Program-made: the position numbers and the translations under genes | Part shown: in pieces, positions 8,002 to 16,320 of the stretch | Numbering within the stretch: position 1 is the stretch's first letter | Layout: each line of letters opens with the position of its first letter | Notes under the pieces: generated by a model | What the model was told of the DNA's origin: nothing | Database searches by the model: none | Seen by the model: the letters and a program-made list of their open reading frames with translations, nothing else | Assembly: GCA_946411935.1 (NCBI GenBank) | Contig: CAMKFS010000001.1 | Location: 1-56,015 of the forward strand | Direction of reading: 5' to 3' | DNA: 56,015 nt | Source of the DNA: an uncultured Candidatus Saccharibacteria bacterium | GTDB lineage: Bacteria; Patescibacteriota; Saccharimonadia; Saccharimonadales; Saccharimonadaceae

Positions 8002-9792
8002 ATGGCAAAGAAACAGAAACAACTCAGCGCCGCAGATATCGCTGCGCAAGCTCAGCTTCAAGAAGAAGTTGAAATTCAGCGCGCGTTTGAAACCGGTATT
8101 ACTACGCTTCGCGATCTTATCTCGCCTTCAAGCCTCGAATTTCAGACCGACCATTTCCGCATTGGCACAAAATATGGACGCACAATCTATATCTATGGCT
8201 ACCCACGTGAACTCTATACTGGTTGGCTTAGCTCGATCATCAACATGGATGAAGTTCTGGATGTATCAATGTATATTTATCCAGCCGATTCTGCTGTCAT
8301 TATGAAAAACCTCACTAAAAAGGTTACTCAGCTCGAAGCGTCCATGGATATTAATAGCGAAAAAGGCAAAGTCCGTGACCCTGAGCTTGAAGCTGCCATC
8401 TCCGATGCTGAGGAACTCCGCGATCAGCTTCAGGTCGGCGCCGAACGCTTCTTCCGTTATGCGCTCTATATTACTATCTACGCAGATTCGCTCGATGAGC
8501 TTCAGTTTGTCCAGCACAAAATCGAAAATATCTTCGGTCAGCAAATGGTCTACACCAAGGTCGCCAGTTCGCAGCAAGAGCAGGGCATGAATAGTACGAT
8601 GCCGCAGTGTAGCGATCAGCTCCAAATCCGCCGCAACATGAATACAGGCGCTATCTCGACGAGCTTTCCATTCACTTCCGCAGACCTTACGCAGGAAAAA
8701 GGCATTCTTTACGGCATCAACATGCACAACAACGGCCTTGTAATTTTCGATCGCTTCTCCCTAGAAAATGCTAACATGGTCGTCTTCGCAAAATCTGGTG
8801 CAGGTAAATCCTATACTGTTAAGCTCGAAGCGCTTCGTTCAATGATGGTCGGAACCGAGGTCCTCATTATCGACCCAGAAAACGAGTATCAGAAACTTGC
8901 TGATGCCGTTGGCGGCTCCTATATTCGCCTTAGCCTCAACTCCGACGTCCGCATTAATCCATTCGACCTTCCAAAAGTTGTCGATGCCGAAGATGCCAAT
9001 GACGCACTCCGCGCTAATCTCGTTACGCTACATGGCCTCTTCCGCCTCATGCTTGGCGGTGGCGTTCTCAGCCCAAATGAAGAAGCGGATCTTGACCAAG
9101 CACTTATTGATACTTATGCTCGTGTTGGTATTACGAGCGATCCACTCACTCATACTGCACCTCCTCCAACCATCATTAATCTTTATGATACTCTCGAGCA
9201 TATGGGCGGTACTGGTCACAGTCTCGCACAGCGCCTCCGTAAATATACGACTGGTACATTCGCAGGTATCTTCTCTCAACAATCGAATATCGAAATTAAT
9301 AACCAGATGGTCGTCTTTAATATTCGCGACCTCGAGGACGAATTGCGCCCAGTTGCAATGTATATCGTCTTGAACCATATTTGGAATATTACTCGCGCCG
9401 ATCAACGCAAACGTATGCTCATCGTTGATGAGGCCTGGCAGCTAATGAAATACGAAGATTCAGCAAGCTTCCTCTTTAGCCTCGCAAAACGCGCCCGTAA
9501 ATATTATCTCGGCCTTACAACAATTACACAGGATGTTGAAGATTTCATGTCATCAAAGATGGGTCGCGCAATTGTTTCAAACTCATCCATGCAGCTACTT
9601 CTTAAACAATCCGCCTCTGCGGTCGACGTCTTGTCTGACGTTTTCAAACTTACAAACGAAGAGCGCAAACGTCTTTCAAGCTTCCCAGTCGGTCAAGGTC
9701 TCTTCTTTGCTGGCCAAAACCACGTCCATATTTCTATTGTCGCCAGCAATACTGAAGACGCCCTTATTACCACTAATCCAGGTGGCCAATAA
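8002..9792 (+). CDS. virB4: VirB4-family T4SS ATPase (ATPase portion)
   Basis: 596 aa. Walker A is FAKSGAGKSYT and Walker B is MLIVDEAWQL. The upstream segment LISPSSLEFQTDHFRIGTKYGRTIYIYGYPRELYTGWLS is typical of Gram-positive VirB4/PrgJ-type proteins. GGGGAGGAG SD. Confidence 0.8.
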   Translation: MAKKQKQLSAADIAAQAQLQEEVEIQRAFETGITTLRDLISPSSLEFQTDHFRIGTKYGRTIYIYGYPRELYTGWLSSIINMDEVLDVSMYIYPADSAVIMKNLTKKVTQLEASMDINSEKGKVRDPELEAAISDAEELRDQLQVGAERFFRYALYITIYADSLDELQFVQHKIENIFGQQMVYTKVASSQQEQGMNSTMPQCSDQLQIRRNMNTGAISTSFPFTSADLTQEKGILYGINMHNNGLVIFDRFSLENANMVVFAKSGAGKSYTVKLEALRSMMVGTEVLIIDPENEYQKLADAVGGSYIRLSLNSDVRINPFDLPKVVDAEDANDALRANLVTLHGLFRLMLGGGVLSPNEEADLDQALIDTYARVGITSDPLTHTAPPPTIINLYDTLEHMGGTGHSLAQRLRKYTTGTFAGIFSQQSNIEINNQMVVFNIRDLEDELRPVAMYIVLNHIWNITRADQRKRMLIVDEAWQLMKYEDSASFLFSLAKRARKYYLGLTTITQDVEDFMSSKMGRAIVSNSSMQLLLKQSASAVDVLSDVFKLTNEERKRLSSFPVGQGLFFAGQNHVHISIVASNTEDALITTNPGGQ

Positions 9793-9807
9793 TCAAAGCC
9801 CTTATCG

Positions 9808-9836
9808 TCGACATTTACGCCTAATTATTATATAAT
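9808..9836 (+). promoter_or_regulatory. Promoter, TCGACA-17 bp-TATAAT
   Basis: TCGACA at 9808-9813 and TATAAT at 9831-9836. The ATG at 9846 is 9 nt downstream with no SD. Confidence 0.45.
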
Positions 9837-9845
9837 TATGGTGAT

Positions 9846-12635
9846 ATGTCAGCCGACGAAACAGGTCAAAAATATCGGCAAGCACACGATCCATATAATG
9901 ATATGGAAGAGGCGGTTATTCGCCCAGCAAACATTGCTCGCCAAGAGCTTTCTGATGCCGAAGAAAATGCCGTAAAGCAGCCAAGTGCTAGCTCTAATTC
10001 TGATCGCTCATCTTCGTCTGACAACTCCAGAAATTATCAACGCCCATCCGACCGCGCCATCAATGCGCTGAATACTTTCGAGAAGAATCAGCTTAGCCAC
10101 ACTTTCCGCAATTCTGTTCGAGGCAACAACCGCAAATCATCTTCAAAAGTAACTACCAAAAACCAAAAAGGAGGATTTCTAAAACGACGTCTCGCCCCAA
10201 TTAGCTTAATTGCTTCGCTTCTTATTGGTGGCGGCGCCTTTTTCTACTTCACTCAATCATTTCTAGGCCCTCATCTTTCTAGCCTTTATACGAGTGCAAC
10301 CGACATCCAATTCACTTCATACAATTCACGCAATCAGCGCATCTTTAAATACATGCTCGACGGCGGCGATCAGGTAAAAATTAGTAAATTCTCCAAAAAA
10401 TACACAACTTTTTCTCCATATCTACAAAACCGACTCAAGAAAAACGGCATTGAGGTAGGCAAGATTGATGCTGATGGAAATTTTAAGTCAGGCTCGTTAG
10501 TTTCCACTTCAAAAACCGTCCTCAAATATAATGACGAAATAATCGACGCAAACTCTTTCCAAAACAAATTCGCTAGCGATGCTAATTTTCGCGACGCCTA
10601 TTATAAGGCAAAACGCGGGCGCATCGCCGGATTCTTTGATGATTCCGCCGACTATTTTTACAAAAAGAAGGGCGCCACTCGTGATATTTTTGATAAATAT
10701 CAATCTACCGGCGACGCCGAAGCAGACAAACAAAATTTCCAAGATATTGTTTCCGATCGCGTAACTGGCACCGAAGCCGACATTAACACTGTTAGTCATA
10801 CCAAAGACGAAGACGGGAACGATTCTGCCGCAAAAAATGGCGATGACGTTCAAACGAAAAACATCGTCGGCGACACCCCAGAAGCAAAAGCCCGCACAAT
10901 GGTTAATAATATTGCAGGTAAAGTTTCTAATGCGGGCGTCCCAATCTGCTCCGCGCTCCGCATCGCAAACATGGCAGCTGTCACCGTATCAGCCTATCAA
11001 ATCTTTCAATCAATTTCTTATTTCTTAAGTCTCATGGAACCAATCAGCAAAATGATGGCCGGAGAAGGGGATACTTCCGCCGTTAACGAAACACTTAACT
11101 TCCTTACTACCGAAACAAACAATGATGTTCAATACGTTGATTCTAGCGGCTCATCAACCACGAAAAGCGTTTATGGCTCACCCCTTCAATCGAGTGGCGC
11201 AAAATTAGTGCTTGGCGATACTCCATCATCATCCGAAGAAGTCGCTCCATATTCAATTAAAAACATCACTCGCGCCGCAACTACCATCGCAGTCAGTACT
11301 GGCGCAACCAACACAGTCTGCGACGGCGTAATGGCTGCTTCAGCTGTTATGTCACTCGCCTCGAACGCGGTTCCTGGTGGCACCCTCGCAAAATTTGTTG
11401 TTAGCGCCGTCGCTCAAACCGTTGGCGGTATTGCGCTTACCGGAATTGTTGCCGCAGTCGTTAATACCATCATTCCATATGTTGCAAAAATGTTTGCCAA
11501 TAATCTCTTCGAAAACTACACTGGTATTCCTGCCGGCGAGCAGTTTACTCAAGGCGCCGCAAGCTCCAACTTTAAACTTGCCACCCAATCAAGCGCTTAC
11601 ATGCCCGCTTCCGAAGATTACATAAAAGAACAGAATCGCCAAACCACCGTCGCTCTTGCCCAAGAAGCCGAAGTAGACCGCAGCAACCACGGCCCATTTG
11701 ATGCCTCCAATCGCCACACTTTCCTCGGTTCGCTTTTAACTAAATTCGCATTCCTTTCTCATTCAAACGGAATACTGAGTCAGGTATCAAACTTCGCAAC
11801 CACTTTAACCAACTCTCTAAATATCTTCAATCCAGCCGCCTCCGCCTATGACGAAGAAATATCCTATACTTCAAATTACAGCGATTGTACTAATGCGCTT
11901 TCCGATACAGTCTGCGAAATGTATGACCAAGAAATTGTAGCTATGGATTATTCAACTATCGACTTAAGTCCAGATGATCCAACCTATGTTTCTGTCATTG
12001 AGCCAAATCTTGACGACAACGGCGACATCAGAGAAGATTCAGAACTAGCAAAATTCATTAATGTTTGTACGGAGCGTGAGTCTCCATGGGGCGTAGTAGA
12101 TGCTGGCATCATGAACGCTCTTCAAACCGATCTCGGAATCGTCGGGAATAATCTCCCAATCATTAACGATGCAATCGATATTATTAACGCCGCAGAGGAT
12201 ATCGCAAACAGGCCTTGGGGAACTGGTGAAAACTGTAAAATGTCGAAAGAAAACCCTCGTTGGGATACAGAATTCAAATACTATCAACGCTACATTGAAG
12301 ACATGCGCATTATTAGTGGCATGGATGACGAAGAAGATTCTAATCCGGTCCTCGCTTATAAAAATAACTATTATGATAAACACCCACTTGATAACTCTTT
12401 CACTGGCACGCTTGCACGTATTTCTGGCCAATCTAAGGACGATATCGCATTCTTAATGGAATACGTCAATTATTCTACAAAAATCGCAAACTACAACCCA
12501 TCCACTCGCTTATCATTTATAGGACAATCTGAGGCAAAACATATTTCCTTCACCGAAGAAACAATGCCAGAAGCCATCGCATTCGTTGCTAAACAGCCAG
12601 AATTATTTATCGATCGAAGGAACTATACTGTATGA
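9846..12635 (+). CDS. Large membrane protein of unknown function, paralog A (paralog B at 36393-39626)
   Basis: 929 aa. Polar, Ser-rich N-terminus, a TM helix at aa ~118-140, Ala/Gly/Val-rich hydrophobic segments at aa ~480-560, and a conserved C-terminal ~330 aa shared with the 1077-aa ORF. Confidence 0.6.
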   Translation: MSADETGQKYRQAHDPYNDMEEAVIRPANIARQELSDAEENAVKQPSASSNSDRSSSSDNSRNYQRPSDRAINALNTFEKNQLSHTFRNSVRGNNRKSSSKVTTKNQKGGFLKRRLAPISLIASLLIGGGAFFYFTQSFLGPHLSSLYTSATDIQFTSYNSRNQRIFKYMLDGGDQVKISKFSKKYTTFSPYLQNRLKKNGIEVGKIDADGNFKSGSLVSTSKTVLKYNDEIIDANSFQNKFASDANFRDAYYKAKRGRIAGFFDDSADYFYKKKGATRDIFDKYQSTGDAEADKQNFQDIVSDRVTGTEADINTVSHTKDEDGNDSAAKNGDDVQTKNIVGDTPEAKARTMVNNIAGKVSNAGVPICSALRIANMAAVTVSAYQIFQSISYFLSLMEPISKMMAGEGDTSAVNETLNFLTTETNNDVQYVDSSGSSTTKSVYGSPLQSSGAKLVLGDTPSSSEEVAPYSIKNITRAATTIAVSTGATNTVCDGVMAASAVMSLASNAVPGGTLAKFVVSAVAQTVGGIALTGIVAAVVNTIIPYVAKMFANNLFENYTGIPAGEQFTQGAASSNFKLATQSSAYMPASEDYIKEQNRQTTVALAQEAEVDRSNHGPFDASNRHTFLGSLLTKFAFLSHSNGILSQVSNFATTLTNSLNIFNPAASAYDEEISYTSNYSDCTNALSDTVCEMYDQEIVAMDYSTIDLSPDDPTYVSVIEPNLDDNGDIREDSELAKFINVCTERESPWGVVDAGIMNALQTDLGIVGNNLPIINDAIDIINAAEDIANRPWGTGENCKMSKENPRWDTEFKYYQRYIEDMRIISGMDDEEDSNPVLAYKNNYYDKHPLDNSFTGTLARISGQSKDDIAFLMEYVNYSTKIANYNPSTRLSFIGQSEAKHISFTEETMPEAIAFVAKQPELFIDRRNYTV

Positions 12636-14410
12636 AAAAAATAATTATCAGCTTCTTTGCCGCTCTCATGTTTTGTCAGCCGGTTTTTGCCACAATTCCA
12701 AGCGATAATATTCTCGATTATTTCGACAAAAACGGTATTTACTATTACAACCCCGACGGCAGCAACGATCTCTGCAATTCGTCAGCCACTACCTTGGCCG
12801 GCTCCGATGTTCCTGAAAAAATTTGGAATTTCTACATTAGTGAAGGCTTTACTGATGCCCAAGTGGCCGGCATTCTCGGAAATGGCATGGCAGAAACCGG
12901 AAACGAACCAACCCGCGCAAGCAACTCTACTTATTGGGGTCTCTTCCAATGGAGCTATGGTCGCAAAGAAAAACTCTTCGCAAAATTCCGCGAAGCCGGA
13001 CTCGAGAAATACACCTCTTCTGAATATTGGGGCGTTGGCGGCTATAAGAAAATTCCAGAAGCCGACCTCGATAATCTCCTTAGAATTGAGTTAGAAGATA
13101 CCCTTACTGATAATTTATTTGATTGGCAAGGTGAATTAAAGAAACAAAACCAACCTGAAGCTGCTGCAGAAGTATTTCTAACACTATTTGAACGCGCCGT
13201 CGGCGGCTCTGATACGATCATTTATTACGCACCATTTGTCGGTGTAAAATACCAAGCCGCAAGCAAGCGCCGCGAATACGCACGCGAGTATTACGACAAA
13301 TACTCTGGAAAAGGAACCGTTTCTAGCGGTAGTACAAATGCTGCCGAAAATGGTAAAAATTTGAGCATTATTGGCGACTCTATTACTTATGGATCCACAA
13401 TCCAAATTCTCGAAAAATTCTCAGATTTATCCTCTGACAATATTAATGCTAAAAATGGTCGCTCTTGGAAAGAGGGAATTGAAATTGCTAAATCCACAAA
13501 CCTAAAAGATAATGTAATTTTTGCGCTTGGAACTAACTCCCGGGATTTAACTGATGCTCAAATTAGTGATGCTATAAACGCAATTGGCACAAACAAGAAA
13601 ATCGTTTTCGTTACTAATTACAGCAAATCAAATAGCGAAACCTACGATAGTAATAATGAAAAATTCCTCAGCTTTGCAAAGAAAAACTCAAATATTATCG
13701 TAGCGGACTGGAAAAATACTGTTAATAAAAATCCAGACACTTATATGGCCGACGACGTCCATCCAAACGATGCCGGTAAAACTCTTTTTGCCGAAACTCT
13801 CTATGACGCAATTAATAGTAATACTAACGAAAATGGCTGTAGTGTAAGCGGAGAATTCACTTCGCTCGTCAAAGCCTACGCTTGGCCAGAATACCACAAA
13901 GCCCCATTTACTAATCGTATGCCTGATTACGCCGAAGCAGTTACAACTTCAATTAGCGAAGGCCGATACGTTGGCGGTTCCATTAATGGCGTCCCAGGTA
14001 TTGACTGCGGCGGCTTCGTTACGATTCTCGCTCAAAATTCCGGACTTGCCTCCGATTATAACGACACAAAAGGTAACACTGATACTCAAGAAAGCTGGGT
14101 AAAAAGCCATAACTGGACACTTCTAAACTCATCAACATCAACGCCAGTTGACACCAGCATTCTCCAAGCTGGCGATGTCGCTTTCACTAACGGACACACC
14201 TTTATTTATGTCGGAGAAATTGAAGGCTTTGATTCGAATATCGCATCCGCATCCTACGGCAACAGTTCCGCTCGCGCACCTATGGCAGGACACGAAAGTT
14301 TAATTTCCGGTAATGGTACTACCGTTCGCTGGTATCGTAAACCAGATTTTTCAACTAATAACGGTACTTCATATAAAACAAATTTAGAGAATAAAGTCTA
14401 TGGCAAATAA
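12632..14410 (+). CDS. Secreted three-domain cell-wall hydrolase: lysozyme-like + SGNH esterase + NlpC/P60- or CHAP-like peptidase
   Basis: Signal peptide. AGILGNGMAETGNEP...WGLFQWS is a phage-tail-lysozyme-type motif. SGNH blocks are IIGDSITYGS, FALGTNS and DDVHPNDAG. The C-terminus has GIDCGGFV (Cys) and GDVAFTNGHTFIYVG (His). The start overlaps the upstream stop (ATGA). Confidence 0.7.
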   Translation: MKKIIISFFAALMFCQPVFATIPSDNILDYFDKNGIYYYNPDGSNDLCNSSATTLAGSDVPEKIWNFYISEGFTDAQVAGILGNGMAETGNEPTRASNSTYWGLFQWSYGRKEKLFAKFREAGLEKYTSSEYWGVGGYKKIPEADLDNLLRIELEDTLTDNLFDWQGELKKQNQPEAAAEVFLTLFERAVGGSDTIIYYAPFVGVKYQAASKRREYAREYYDKYSGKGTVSSGSTNAAENGKNLSIIGDSITYGSTIQILEKFSDLSSDNINAKNGRSWKEGIEIAKSTNLKDNVIFALGTNSRDLTDAQISDAINAIGTNKKIVFVTNYSKSNSETYDSNNEKFLSFAKKNSNIIVADWKNTVNKNPDTYMADDVHPNDAGKTLFAETLYDAINSNTNENGCSVSGEFTSLVKAYAWPEYHKAPFTNRMPDYAEAVTTSISEGRYVGGSINGVPGIDCGGFVTILAQNSGLASDYNDTKGNTDTQESWVKSHNWTLLNSSTSTPVDTSILQAGDVAFTNGHTFIYVGEIEGFDSNIASASYGNSSARAPMAGHESLISGNGTTVRWYRKPDFSTNNGTSYKTNLENKVYGK

Positions 14411-15311
14411 GAAAAAGAGTTTTCCAAAAAATTTAAAAATTAGAATTGCTCTAGTAGCCAGTCTTCTCGCAATTATTATCATCTATTCAGTCGCCACACT
14501 AATTTATCGAGCAGGGAAAACCAGAGTATTTATCCAGATAGCTCCAAATGACGCCGTCATAACATTAAACGACACTCGTGTTGGTAATAAAAGCGAGTGT
14601 TGGCTCACTCCGGGGAATTATCACCTCGTCGCCACGAGTAACGAACATCTTGCGGTTTACGAACGAGATTTTGAAGTTAAAAACGAATCATTAAAAATTT
14701 ATGCCACTCTTAGTGCTATTGATGATGAAGGAAAAGATTTCATCGAAAAACATCGCCAAGAATACGCTGTAGTTGAAGGCTTAATTGGCGACCAGTTAAA
14801 TAGCGAGGGCGAAAAGGAACGCGAAGCAAACCCTATTCTTAATCATCTTCCAATTAATAACTCGCTTTATTCGATTAGCTATGAATATGACAATAATAAT
14901 CAATTAATAATCAATATAAAGTCCGAACTAAAATATCTCGATGTTGCTGTAGAAAAATTAAAAACCTTCAAAGATGTAAGTATTAGCTCTCTAAACATCG
15001 TTTTCCACAGTAAAAATACTTTTGAACAATTTAATGACAACGATAATTCAGACATAATCCAATTCATTAAAACCGCCTACAATTTACCTAATAATTACAA
15101 AATAAATGAAATTAAACAGTTAAATGACTATTATTACACGACGGTATATATTGATGACTATAATAATAACCTCCAATATGCTCACTACCGAATTATTCTG
15201 AAACAAAAAGGCGAGAGCTGGGAAGTGATCTCAAGCCCTCAACCAATCCTCACTACTTTTAATACACCAAACGTCGCTAAAGATATTCTCGATATTATAA
15301 ATTCATATTAG
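14400..15311 (+). CDS. Membrane-anchored protein with PEGA-like domain
   Basis: 303 aa. N-terminal TM helix IALVASLLAIIIIYSVATLIY, then VFIQIAPNDAVITLNDTRVGNKSECWLTPGNYHLVATSNEHLAVYERDFEV (PEGA-like pattern). Very AT-rich and Asn-rich. Overlaps the upstream gene by 11 bp. Confidence 0.4.
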   Translation: MANKKKSFPKNLKIRIALVASLLAIIIIYSVATLIYRAGKTRVFIQIAPNDAVITLNDTRVGNKSECWLTPGNYHLVATSNEHLAVYERDFEVKNESLKIYATLSAIDDEGKDFIEKHRQEYAVVEGLIGDQLNSEGEKEREANPILNHLPINNSLYSISYEYDNNNQLIINIKSELKYLDVAVEKLKTFKDVSISSLNIVFHSKNTFEQFNDNDNSDIIQFIKTAYNLPNNYKINEIKQLNDYYYTTVYIDDYNNNLQYAHYRIILKQKGESWEVISSPQPILTTFNTPNVAKDILDIINSY

Positions 15312-16320
15312 CCGTCATATTAGTAGGGATATTCGTACTTGTTATGATCATCTGATAATTGCGGAAATTTTTCACGAGATGTTTTTGGCGCATTTCATCC
15401 AACTCAGAAAAAATATCATCAAGCAAAACTACTGGCGCTTTTCCAGTTTCACTCTCTAGAATTTCCGCCTCAATAAACTTCAGTGCGAGAATTATACTTC
15501 GCATCTCACCGCGCGACGCCGAACCATCCGCATCATTTCCATTAAAACAGAATTTATAATCATCCCGATGCGCGCCAAAAGTCGTATAACCAAGAATTCT
15601 ATCCCGCTCAAAATTTCTATTTAATTCAGCTAAATATTTGTTTTCATCAACTTTTTCACCAGTATATTCGATTCTACATTCATCGTTATTTTTTGCAATT
15701 TCTCGATAATTATTCGACATTTTCTGGTTAATCTTATCGATTATATCTATTCTTATCTTCTTTAATTCTGATCCGTATTGAGCGCATAATACATCCCACG
15801 AAAACAAATCATCCCGCGATAATTCTTCCTGTTTTAATAAATCATTTCTTTGCTTAATTGCTTTATTATAACGACTAAGAGCAACCGAATAATTATTATT
15901 AATCTGTTTAAACAATTCATCAAAATAATCCCTTCTCCTCGACGGAGAAGATTCAATTAAATAAATATTATTTGGCTCAAATAATACCACCGGATAACGA
16001 TCTTTTTTAGGTAGTCGAATTGATTTTTTACCGTCTATTTCAAAACTCTTTTTATCGTTCTTAGCATCATACCTAATAATCACTTTTTTTGCGTCATATA
16101 AGTCAATTTCCGCCCTATAAAAATCACTTTCATGCAACACAATATCACGATCAACCGCTCGAAAGCTTTTTCCGCGCAAGGCTAAATAAATCGCCTCTAA
16201 TACTGAAGTTTTTCCGCTGCCGTTTTCGCCAATTATTAGTGTCGTCGGGCGATTACAATCAAGCTCAAAAACATCATGACAACGATAATTATTTAACTTA
16301 ATTTTTTGAATAATATTCAT
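15295..16320 (-). CDS. recF: DNA replication/repair protein RecF
   Basis: Walker A GENGSGKTSVLEAI, signature GEMRSIILALKF and Walker B VVLLDDIFSELD. Synteny is dnaA-dnaN-recF. Confidence 0.85.
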   Translation of the reverse strand: MNIIQKIKLNNYRCHDVFELDCNRPTTLIIGENGSGKTSVLEAIYLALRGKSFRAVDRDIVLHESDFYRAEIDLYDAKKVIIRYDAKNDKKSFEIDGKKSIRLPKKDRYPVVLFEPNNIYLIESSPSRRRDYFDELFKQINNNYSVALSRYNKAIKQRNDLLKQEELSRDDLFSWDVLCAQYGSELKKIRIDIIDKINQKMSNNYREIAKNNDECRIEYTGEKVDENKYLAELNRNFERDRILGYTTFGAHRDDYKFCFNGNDADGSASRGEMRSIILALKFIEAEILESETGKAPVVLLDDIFSELDEMRQKHLVKNFRNYQMIITSTNIPTNMTANMNL

